Assembly (NCBI GenBank): GCA_001179505.1
Contig: CDMY01000828.1
Coordinates: 1-16,596 of the forward strand
DNA from: Vitrella brassicaformis CCMP3155
Lineage: Eukaryota > Protista > Chromerida
Direction of reading: 5' to 3'
DNA length: 16,596 bases
The position numbers were made by a program, and so were the translations under genes. Under the pieces are notes generated by a model. It searched no databases. It saw only the letters and a list, made by a program, of their open reading frames with translations, and had not been told where the DNA came from. Of the stretch, positions 1 to 8,934 are shown one piece after another. Positions within the stretch are counted from its first letter, which is position 1. Each line of letters starts with the position of its first letter.

Positions 1-82
1 TCTGTGACGATCCATGAGGCCCGCGAGCTGCTGCAGTTTTGAGCTAATCACACCCAGCTGCTGCACTCCAAATGACACAGAC

Positions 83-113
<31 letters not shown>

Positions 114-740
114 GATCCTGTGACGTGACCCCTCAGCTCCCTCATGAGCACTGCCTGCGTATCTGACCTCTCTTGCTGTTGCGATGGTGGGATCCTCCTG
201 CAGCTTGATCTTAAGCGTCGAGAAGGGCCGCTGCCCAGAGCCCGGGAAGGGCCCTCCGTCGCTGAGGAGCCAACAGAAAGTCTCGTGTGGTGTGCTCACT
301 CTTTAACCATTTCTATGCCTGTGTGAGTTTCTGTGTGTGTGTGTGCATGTGTGCGTGTGTGGTGTGTGTTGTGGTTCTGTACGTACCCGTATGCATCGAT
401 GGCTGGGCCCGGTGGCGCCCGAGCCGTTGCTGCCCTGAGACCGCCATCTCCAGCACCTGCTGCAGCACACTGGGAGGTAGGGGGACAGTCCCGCCCAGCA
501 CGCAGCTGCCGCTCACGTCACTGACCAAGGCGTAGGTGCGCCAGATCTGGAAATCCTTGAGGTTCTTCACGTACTCCTTGTCAGGAAGGGCGTCTGCCAG
601 CGACTGACGGACCACACCACACACACAGACCTGGGAGAAAAGGTGTGTGCTTGTGTGTTTGTGTGTTTGTGTGTGCTGCGTACCCTGGCCTTTGAGAACT
701 TCTCGAGAAGTTCCTGCTTGGTCATGCCCATGAAGGTGGC
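1..740 (-). CDS. Multi-exon protein of unknown function, 3' end beyond the left edge, 5' start unresolved
   Basis: Hand-spliced GT-AG exons 740-684, 603-383, 261-168 and 60-<1 join in frame: ATFMGMTKQELLEKFSKAR|SLADALPDKEYVKNLKDFQIWRTYALV...PLPPSVLQQVLEMAVS...MHTGT|DGGPFPG...STLKIKLQEDPTIATARE|QLGVISSKLQQLAGLMDRHR. Introns carry (CA)n, (GT)n and (GTCT)n tracts. The donor at 382 versus 386 is ambiguous; using 386 with the acceptor near 320 gives an early stop at about 296. The last acceptor is a CAGCAG tandem. Confidence 0.55.
77..112. repeat. (AGAC)n/(GTCT)n intronic microsatellite
   Basis: Tandem agac units. Similar tracts occur at about 3981-4000, 7058-7110, 7541-7558, 7775-7791 and 8985-9026. 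Confidence 0.9.
333..370. repeat. Imperfect (GT)n/(CA)n intronic microsatellite
   Basis: Direct reading of the sequence; similar tracts at 615-675 and a (GA)n tract at about 15917-15934. Confidence 0.85.
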
Positions 741-1122
741 CTACAGATCCAAATACCAACGCACATACACCTGCGCGATTCACGACGTTCCACAGGCTGA
801 CCGGGCGAGATCGCAGCCCCATCAGCGGCGCTCAAAGCAGCGAAAACCCCCCACTCCGCTCCTCATCCCGCGCTGACTGGCCATCTCGAGGAACGCCCGG
901 AGGGCCGTGTTGATGCGAGTGGAGAGGGGCGGTTGCCCATCTCAGATGCCGCCCTCCACTCCTTAGACACACCCTCAACCCTCCCCATCTCCCGCCCCTG
1001 CAAGAAACTCATGATGGGTGACCTCACGGCCAAGGCCAGCCGACGCAGCCGACCCTGCTGCCGCGGGTCGCCGATGGTGGGGAGCTGTGGGACCGCCATC
1101 GCCAGCACCTGCTGCAGCACAC
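439..1122. repeat. Dispersed 32-nt direct repeat, copies at 439-470 and 1091-1122
   Basis: gaccgccatc[t/g]ccagcacctgctgcagcacac, 31/32 identical. On the minus strand the copies encode VLQQVLEMAV and VLQQVLAMAV. Confidence 0.9.
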
Positions 1123-1577
1123 CGGCAGGGAGGGGAATCTGCTGGGCTCTCGGTGTGCCGGCGGTCGATGACGCAATAGCGCTCGCCGAGTGCAGTGGTG
1201 GCAATGGCAAGGATGCGCTTGATGAGGTGCCTCTCGAGATGGTGGCGGTAGGCCTCGAGGATCTTCTCCTCTCACAACACCCGATGCGGCACTGGCAGTG
1301 GCCGCACGCCCGCCCCGGCCACCGATGCCCCGAACTCCAGCAGCGTCAGCTTGCGGTAGAGCGGCCGCGGGAAGGCGTTCTGGTCGTTCTTGTTGGCGTC
1401 GAGCCGGGGAGGAGTGAGGCCGTCCGGTGTGAAGTTCTGCCGCCGTCCCGCTCCCGTACAGCCACCCCGTTGTGGTGCGGTCGTCAGGGAAAGCAGTTCA
1501 GCGGGCATTGGCCCGTTTTTTGACTTTTTTCCTTTCTTTTTTCCGTCTCGTACGGTAAATCTCGTCGCGCATCTCAT
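790..1577 (-). pseudogene. Disrupted coding-like segment (in-frame TGA plus two apparent frameshifts), possibly a decayed paralog or the 5' part of the left gene
   Basis: The ORF from ATG 1577 ends at TGA 1274-1272, but the same frame resumes as EEKILEAYRHHLERHLIKRILAIATTALG. Protein-like sequence then moves to a second frame (QIPLPAGVLQQVLAMAV...PIMSFLQGREMGRVEGVSKEWR) and a third (PLSTRINTALRAFLEMASQRG). I found no plausible GT-AG intron of normal length that repairs these breaks. Confidence 0.4.
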
Positions 1578-1972
1578 TCGACGCGCGAAATATGTTTCCC
1601 TGCTGCACCAATGTGGACATTCCTGCAGGCTATCAGCCCTAGAGATGCTAGATTGTGTATGATTCCTGCTGTGATGGCTCCGAGGACGTCTGTTTACCCG
1701 TCAGCCACACGAGCTGTATAAGTGCCATGGTCAGGTACGTACGTCAAAAAGACTAGTCGTCCAAATGACAGCAGCTGTCTGAGCATCTCTGATTGATAAA
1801 GGACCGACATAAGGAAAATTGCTGATCCCTCATTCAGTCATCGATCTCTCTGCCCATGCAGTCCGTGTATAACAAGCAATACACAGCGATAGCCAACATT
1901 GACATGGATGCAATACAATACAGTGATAATGCAATGGACATACATACGACTTATCTTACATACATAAGTCAG

Positions 1973-4887
1973 TCACCGCCTCTCACTGACACTCCGCCTC
2001 TTGGTGGAGCCGTACCCCTCAGGTGGCCCCGGCCCCCTGGCGTGTTTCACTACAGGACTCGCCTGCCCGCTACTCTCTGGCCTTTCATCCTCGCTCCTCT
2101 TCCGCCTCCTGCAGCACAAGGCCAGCACGAGTGTGACCAGCACTAGGGCCAGAGAAATGTCGATGGCAGACGGGACAAGGGCCGTCCACCTCAGCGAGGC
2201 CTCGAGGGCGTAAAAGGCCATCAGGTTGATTATCGTGTGGTGGAGTGGCTCGATGTGGGGGGCCAGCCGCTCCATGAAGATGAAAGGGTGGCCGTACACC
2301 TGACAGTCCGGGGGGCCACAGATAAGATACATGGATGTGTTGGTGAATGCGTGGATGGAAGGAGAGTAGCGTGTTGGTTTGAATGCCAAGTCGCTGGGTC
2401 ACCTTGTCAGGGTCTGTGTCGCTGGCGTAGAGCTGATCCCAGAAGTCGCAGTCGAACATTGACGCGATGGCATCTTCCTGGGTGCCCAACGTACTGCAAA
2501 AGCGTACCAACAACTCACACACGCCAGTGTTGCTCTCTCTCAAGCGTGTTGATTGGTTGGCTTGCCTCACTCACCTCGTTTCCCACACCATGGTAGCAAA
2601 CTTGCTCTTCTTCTCGTAGGCCCGCCACGCCACCCTTTCAGCGTCATATGGCACCCGTATCCTAGGGTCCCGCCGCAGCCCCCTTGACGGCCACTTGACA
2701 GTCGTTGACAGCTCCCTCTCCTCACCCTCAATAAACTGCCGCAGGTACTCGATAGAGGCCTCGCTGATGGCCCTGTTCCTCTTAGATGGTGGCGAGAGGA
2801 GAATGGGCATGTCGATACCGTGGTGCGCGCCAGGAAAGCCCTTTGCCGCAGAGGGACGGTTGGACCAGAGACCAAGGAAAAGGGGCACGTGATAGCTGGA
2901 TGCATAACGAGCCACGAACCGCAGTGGGCACGCGATGAGGGAAGCTGTTTGGATCTCGGCCAGTGTTGCCCACGGGCCCTTCTCAGATAGAGTGGCGTTG
3001 TAGTGCGCCCGGACTAGAGGACCCTGCATTCATCCATCCATGTACACACAGCCAGTCATGGCAACGACAGACAGTGTCTTTTGTCTCTCGTGACCCGACC
3101 CGTGTGTCGCCAAAAGCGTTGTCAATGATGCCATCAAAGGTGTCGTTTCGGAGCGTGGCGAGGACGCGCATGAGGAACACGGATGACTCGTCACGTGTGA
3201 CCGTCAACAGCAGAGGCTTGCCGGCAAACGATGCCTGACACACACAAGAAGGCATAAGACCCATTCATTCATCACCATCGATAGCTATGGTGCAGGCAGC
3301 GGTGTGCAGCTGCTTGCCTCTTCGAACAGCCTGAGCACGTTGTTGGATGGGATGTTGACGCCATCCGCCACGGGCATCCTTGCTGACGGATACGACGCGT
3401 CCCGGGACGCACTCCGACTCCACCCTCTCACAGCCCTGTCCACCCTTTTGGCGTCCACGTCACGTAACCCGTCAATGGTCTTCTTGCCCAGCCTGTCCAC
3501 CTGGCTCCCTCTGAGCTCCGTAGCCTCGTGAAGATCCAGCATGCCCACGCCGAGGACGGGAGATGCGGCATAGACACGCGAGAAAAGGGCGATGGACGAG
3601 GGCGACAAGAGGTGGTAGAGGACAGACTGGGCTCCCGCTGAGAAGCCGGCAAGAGTGACGCGATCGGGGTCACCCTGCAGCAGCATGCACACACGAGAGG
3701 AAGCTGTGATGTGATAGGGGGAGAGTGTTGTCAGTATGTGCTTACGCCAAAGAGCCTGATGTTCCTTTGGACCCATTGCAGAGCCGCCCGCTGGTCTTGC
3801 AAACCAAAGTTGCTGCCACCCTCCTCAGCTGATAAATCTGAACACAGCATGACGCGACCCAGCAAAGACGGCACATAGAGACGATTCCCATGTGTTGGTG
3901 CGCCATCGGCTCTGTCATACCTTTATGTACAAGAAAACCCTCCATGCCCTATGCGAGCGACACGACACGGACACACACCAGACAGACAGACAGACAGACA
4001 ATTCAAAGCAGGTGACAAGACTGGCCATCCGCTGCCCATCTCTCTCTCTGACCAGGCGATAGTTGGGCGTCACAACCACAGCCCCTAGTTGGGCAGCAAG
4101 GAACGTGCCGTTAATCCACTCCGATGCGCTGCCGACGGAGAATGCGCCGCCGTGGAGAAATACGAAGACCGGCCGCAGAGTGGGGGTGGGCGCCTCAAAG
4201 ATAGTTGACGTGCGCCTCGGGTCGCCGTGTCGGGAGGAGGGGAGAGAGGGGGCAAAGGTGAACACATTCAGCTGCAGAAAGACAACAAAGACACACGCCA
4301 CACGCAGATATCTCACTCATGTCATGGCTGCATGGCATGTTGCAGCTGTGAGGCCTGACCTACCTGCAGGCAGTCCATCGATTGAGGCAGCCGAGACTTG
4401 TAGAAGCGGCCAGAAACCGTCGACTGACGCACGATGATACACAGAAAAACATACCCAACACTCATGCGCAGATGCGTCTGACATGTCTGTGCACACGTGG
4501 CCGTAAGTACCTGAATGCAGGCGACTTCCCTCCCTCGCCCATCGTACACGCCTTTCCACCTGCATGCATCCGCACACACACACGCATCCATTCATCAGAA
4601 CCGTGACGACAGGCACCTATCGCTCTCACCCACCTCTTGACAGGTTGCGGAGACCGCCATCTCAGCGGGCCGACAGGGGGCGAAGCGAAAGGGATGGCGG
4701 GGAATCTGACGACTCTACCCTCGCCTCGTGAGGCCTTGGCGAAGGTTTCTTCGCCAAGGACGCTCCCTTCTTCGAGATCTATCACACATGTGGTCGTCGA
4801 ATGACGAGGTCTGTCGCTCTGTTGACGAATTGAACGCGTCACATCAAGAAGGAGGAGGACAGACTGCAAGAGAGCCGTAAGGAACAT
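1973..4887 (-). CDS. Type-B carboxylesterase/lipase family (COesterase, alpha/beta hydrolase) with signal peptide and C-terminal TM helix, about 686 aa, 11 exons
   Basis: Exons 4887-4634, 4559-4511, 4423-4364, 4271-4053, 3948-3921, 3837-3746, 3674-3318, 3234-3100, 3023-2575, 2493-2403 and 2299-1973 total 2061 nt with consistent phases. Family motifs: FPAIPFASPPVGPLRWRSPQP, SMDCLQLNVF, VFLHGGAF (oxyanion hole), NYRLGMEGFL, NFGLQDQRAALQWVQRNI, FGGDPDRVTLAGFSAG (type-B Ser signature), VTRDE (acid), GAHHGID (His), CDFWD. The ORF-track start at 4917 is TTG; the first in-frame ATG is 4887. Confidence 0.93.
3235..3317 (-). other. Non-canonical GC-AG intron (83 nt) in the carboxylesterase gene
   Basis: The exon-7 frame stops a few codons after LFEE. 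GAG|GCAAGC matches the GC-donor consensus (AG|GCAAG) and joins in phase 0 to TGTCAG|GCATCG, giving LFEE|ASFAGKPLLLTVTRDE. No good GT donor is nearby. Confidence 0.7.
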
Positions 4888-5530
4888 CGATGGACGAAAC
4901 GGAGGCGGATCTTTCAAGGATCGTTCTCACATTCTTAGCTCGCACGTGGAGAGAAGCTCAGCGTTTGATTTGGGTCATGCATTGGATTGACGTGAGGCGA
5001 GCTGAAGCAGTCAGCCAGTCTGAGCATCACAGCAGGAACGAATGCAGGGAGAAGGCATCCATTCTTTCTGCGATGGACAGGCTGGCTACCTCCCAAAGCC
5101 CATCCACACCACAGTGATGATAATGGCAACACCGGACAGACACCCGTCAGTCACAGAAAAGCACCAAGAAGACGGCCTGTCTCACCAGCTTGTGTTGAGT
5201 GTGCGTACCAGTCCCCCACGATGCATCCAGGCAAACAAGCCGCTACATGGCGCTAACTTGTCGGGATGCACCGAGGAAGACCAATGCGCCCAGCCACCAC
5301 ATGCCGTCACCGGCCGATACAAAGTACAAGTCACAGCATCTCAGTACTTACACACCTCTCTCTCTCATCTCACTCGAGCGAAAAATCAATCTCTCACATT
5401 GCATCGCATCTCATCTCTCTACGGCTGGTCGGGTCGCATCATCTACATGCCTGCCTACACGCAGCCAACCACCCAGCCAGCCAGCCCCCCGCATACAATG
5501 AATGCACCCAGTCGCCCGCTCTTCACTTTC

Positions 5531-6442
5531 TCACTCAGCTTTTTCCTTGCTGAAAAGGCTGGCCACTCGTTTCACAAAGGCATGTTTGGCCTCCATGCTG
5601 ACGGGTGTCTTGCCGAGGTAGAGCTCGAAGAAGGCCTTGGGCAGCTTGGCGTCGACCACAGTGCCGGCGGGCTGGCCACGGATGAGGACGTCTAGTCGTT
5701 GGTCCTCCGTCCAGCCCATGGCGATAGTCTCGGCCTTCTTGATCGACGCACCCATGCCCTTCTCCAACAGACTGCAGAACTCACTCACCACCTCAGGCTG
5801 CGCACATACAGGAAGGCGAACCGCAGACGACAGACCAGCGTGTGGGTGCATACAGTTATGTATCTTTGTGTGTGTCTTGTGTTGGTCAGTCACCTCGACA
5901 CCCTTGACGGCGCTGAGTGCGTCGGCCACCTTGTGTGCTCCTACAGTGCGGGCGAACTTGAGAAGGACGAGTTTGGGCACCTCCTTGCCCAGGAGCGTGT
6001 CATAGAAGCGATCATCGTTCATGAGTGACTCCTCGCTCTCGCCCTTGAAGGATGACAGAGCCTTGGCGGCCTCCTTGGGCTCCACGTACAGACCAACAGA
6101 GTACACATTGACTTTAGCAATGCCTGCAGCGACACAAAACAAGATGAATGCATCCATCATCCTTCTTTCCCCTGTCATCTTGTCAGTCAGTGTCCTCTGT
6201 GCTGACTGACCGAGGTTCTTCCTCCTCGGCCCAGCTCCCAACAGGGTCATCTTGGGAGTGCCGGGGAAGGTCGCCTCGCACGGAAACTCGATGCCTGTGA
6301 CCTTGTCCTTGAGCACTGCGGCCACGGGGGGAGTCATGCCACAGCTACCGCCACTGCTGCACCCTCCATTTCGCAGACGCGCCGTTGATGAGAGATCGAT
6401 GAAGAAAGAGACAAGGGCGAGCAAGACAGTGAGGCGAAGCAT
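5531..6442 (-). CDS. Chalcone-isomerase-fold protein, FAP-like (probably non-catalytic fatty-acid-binding type), 242 aa, 3 exons, with N-terminal signal peptide
   Basis: Exons 6442-6211, 6123-5894 and 5797-5531 total 729 nt. CHI-fold motifs: TGIEFP, LLGAGPR, VNVYSVGLY, LLKFARTV, AFFELYLGKTPVSMEAK. The leader MLRLTVLLALVSFFIDLSSTA is hydrophobic. The 346-aa track ORF reads through both introns. Confidence 0.88.
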   Translation of the reverse strand: MLRLTVLLALVSFFIDLSSTARLRNGGCSSGGSCGMTPPVAAVLKDKVTGIEFPCEATFPGTPKMTLLGAGPRRKNLGQSAQRTLTDKMTGERRMMDAFILFCVAAGIAKVNVYSVGLYVEPKEAAKALSSFKGESEESLMNDDRFYDTLLGKEVPKLVLLKFARTVGAHKVADALSAVKGVEVTDQHKTHTKIHNCMHPHAGLSSAVRLPVCAQPEVVSEFCSLLEKGMGASIKKAETIAMGWTEDQRLDVLIRGQPAGTVVDAKLPKAFFELYLGKTPVSMEAKHAFVKRVASLFSKEKAE

Positions 6443-6772
6443 TGTTGGGGGGAGGTGGAAGAAGGAGAACAGGGAGTTCGTTCTGAGACTGCGAGCTTGG
6501 TGCCCCCAGGGAGGGGGGGTTCCTTCAAAAGAGGAGGCGGCCGAGGGCCGCAGCTTTGAGGGCCAGCACATGGCTTGGGTAACTCACAAACCGAGAAACC
6601 GCTGTGAATAGCCGGCCAATCTCCCAGGTATGCATCCTCTGCCTGTCTGCCACAGTGGATGTTGGTTCACGTTGAGGGAGTCAAAGGCCGCCTGTGATTC
6701 ATCCACTGTCGTCTGCTCTCTCCTTTGTGCGTTGTTTTGCTGCTTTGCAATGGTTTCAGTGCTTAGAGGATC
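6443..6772. promoter_or_regulatory. Divergent (head-to-head) intergenic region between the CHI-fold gene and CFAP161
   Basis: 330 nt separate ATG 6442 (minus) and ATG 6773 (plus). Promoter function is inferred from geometry only; no specific element was recognised. Confidence 0.4.
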
Positions 6773-8865
6773 ATGCAATTCACTGCACAGCAGCTATCGG
6801 GAGGGGGGAGGTTCAGCCACCGATGCAGGTCACCACAGACACACCACAAGTGCACGCCATGGCCGAAATGAGTGGGGGCCACATACACATACATATGTGT
6901 GTCTGTGTTGCCTGTGTGTCTGCCTGGCAGGATCGGCAATTGGAGTGAGGATGAGTTCCTGGAGGAGGTGCGGCTCAAGGACTTCCTCAAAAGAAAACAA
7001 GAAGGTACGCCCTCACCGTTCACCGTCAATTCTGATGGGTACGTGGCCATTTTGGCGTCTGTCTGCCTGTCTGCCTGTCTGCCTGTCTGCCTGTCTGTCT
7101 GTCTGTCTGCTTGTGTGTCTGGTGCTTGTGTAGGTCGATTGTATGTGACGGCCAAGCAGCAGCGGCTGCAGCGGTGCCTGGCGGCTACGGAGCCCTCGTT
7201 TTCGCCCGACGGTCTGCTGTACTTCGGCAGCGCCGTCATGATTGTGAACGAGGAAACCTCGGCCTTCATGGCATGCGACCCATACGGTCAGTCTGTCAAT
7301 TGGCGCTGCGTGCGTGCCTGCGTGCCTGCCTTCCCACCACACGCACAATGCTGTCTGTCTGTCTGTGGTGTTGTGTTTTGACTAACAGACGACCCTTCTG
7401 GTGCGAGCAACAAGGAGTCGAATGTGTACACCGTCACCACCTCACCGCACAACCAGCCGGTGGCGAGAAACACATTCATCATCACCAGGTATATAGGGTG
7501 GACTAGACACACACAGACCGACAAACGGGAGAAATAAGAGCAGACAGACAGACAGACACGGGTGTGCATTGATTGCATAGTCTGTGCGTGTCTGGCTTGT
7601 CATGTCATTGCATATGATGTGCAGAGTTGACGAGACCGACGGCTACCCTGGCGAGGTGCTCCATTTCGGGCAGCACTTCCGCCTACAAACACACCCGTCA
7701 CTCACCGGATGGAGCGTAAGAAGCGAAGCTGCACGCTCTCGTGATCTATCCATCCGTTGCTGAGACGAAGCCTCTCTGTCTGTCTGTCTGTCATGACTTG
7801 CGTGCCTTCCAGTTGTATTTGCACAGCGAGCCTGTGAGTCCCCTGTCAGCGTCAAAGTTTGCCCGCAAGCAGGAGGTGCTCTTCACACCCAATCCAAGCG
7901 GAAACACCAAATGGAAGGTACCAGCGGCAGCACACACTCAGTTCAGTTAGTTGGATGGGTGGAGCGGAGCGTATGGACAGGACAGGCAGACCGACTGTGT
8001 GTGTGGCTGCCCTGCCCTGTCCTGCCCATATATATACACTGTAGTTGGTTCATCCTGACATGAGAGTTCGTTTCGAGATGGAGGGCGAGCCCGTTGCGGC
8101 CAACAGTGCAGTGGTCAGTGAAAACCTACGTACACGTACATATGGTCGTTCATGAGCGGGTCGGGTCGTTGCATACCGTATGTATGTATGTGCTGGTCCA
8201 CCCCACCCCTTCAGGTCATAAAGCACGTCGCTTCCAACACTGCACTGGCTTCCGTCAGGTACGTTCATAGATGGAATGGATGGCCGACGTGAACGTGTTC
8301 TGCATTCCGTGTGTGGATGGCTCACTGACTCACTCACTCAGGACAGCTCAGGAGAATGAGTTTGGTCGTGAGTACGAGGTCCACTGCCACACCTACCTGT
8401 CGGCCCAGCGCACACACTCGTGCATGGCTGAGCTCAAGGGCAAGGTCACAGGCGACATCGACACACGACCCCAGGGTATGTGGGTGGGTGGGTGAGTAGC
8501 TGGGTATGCCTATGCAGTGCAGTGCACAAAGAGGTCTTGCTTGTCTGTCTACATGGATTATCGATCCACGTGCAGATGAGCGGAACGTATGGTCTCTTCT
8601 CATGGAGACACCATCACCTGACATGCTGTCCACTCAACAGCAACAACCGCCACCCCCACACCCAGTGGACCAACACACCGCCGAGCTGGAGGCTGCACCA
8701 CAAACCACCACCCAGCCTCCACCACCCGAGCCACAGCAGCCAGAGGCCAAACCCGACGAGGCCACTGCCCAACAGCAGCAGGAGGGAGCGGGTGCTGCAC
8801 CCGCCCCGCCTGCAGAGCAATTTCAGAGCACTGGAGAGGTCCTGGCCGCGCATGCGGCTCAGTGA
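6773..8865 (+). CDS. CFAP161: Cilia- and flagella-associated protein 161, 371 aa, 10 exons
   Basis: Exons 6773-6828, 6931-7004, 7134-7286, 7389-7488, 7625-7715, 7813-7917, 8045-8113, 8215-8258, 8342-8475 and 8576-8865 total 1116 nt, all GT-AG with consistent phases. RIGNWSEDEFLEEVRLKDFLKRKQEG, ARNTFIIT, VLHFGQHFRL, EGEPVAAN, FGREYEVHCHTYL and RNVWSL match, in order, the human CFAP161 motifs as I recall them (RIGNWNEDVYLEEELMKDFL, GRNTFIIL, LRYGQDF, EGFPVPAN, FGKEAEVVAHTYL, RNHWML). Confidence 0.9.
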
Positions 8866-8934
8866 CCGACCCATGCGCTCGTGGAACGAACACGCAGAGG
8901 AGGAAAAGGAAGGAGTGCCCCCAGGTCTGACTGA

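Noticed and set aside
933-1523. 196-aa plus-strand ORF, and other long antisense ORFs (12545-13105, 13133-13699, 13920-14705, 15116-15676)
   Set aside because: These are shadow ORFs expected opposite GC-rich coding sequence.
4561-4568. TGCATGCA, a known ApiAP2-binding motif in apicomplexans
   Set aside because: It is a single copy overlapping an intron acceptor, not in a promoter.
437-4663. Shared 14-mer gagaccgccatctc at 437-450 and 4650-4663
   Set aside because: About one 14-nt match is expected by chance in 16.6 kb, and the flanking proteins are unrelated.
5042-5695. 217-aa plus-strand ORF
   Set aside because: It is partly antisense to the CHI-fold gene and partly intergenic, with simple repeats and no protein-like motifs.
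5531-6571. 346-aa intronless CHI-like ORF
   Set aside because: It reads through two GT-AG introns with typical intronic composition that interrupt conserved motifs. The spliced product is 242 aa.
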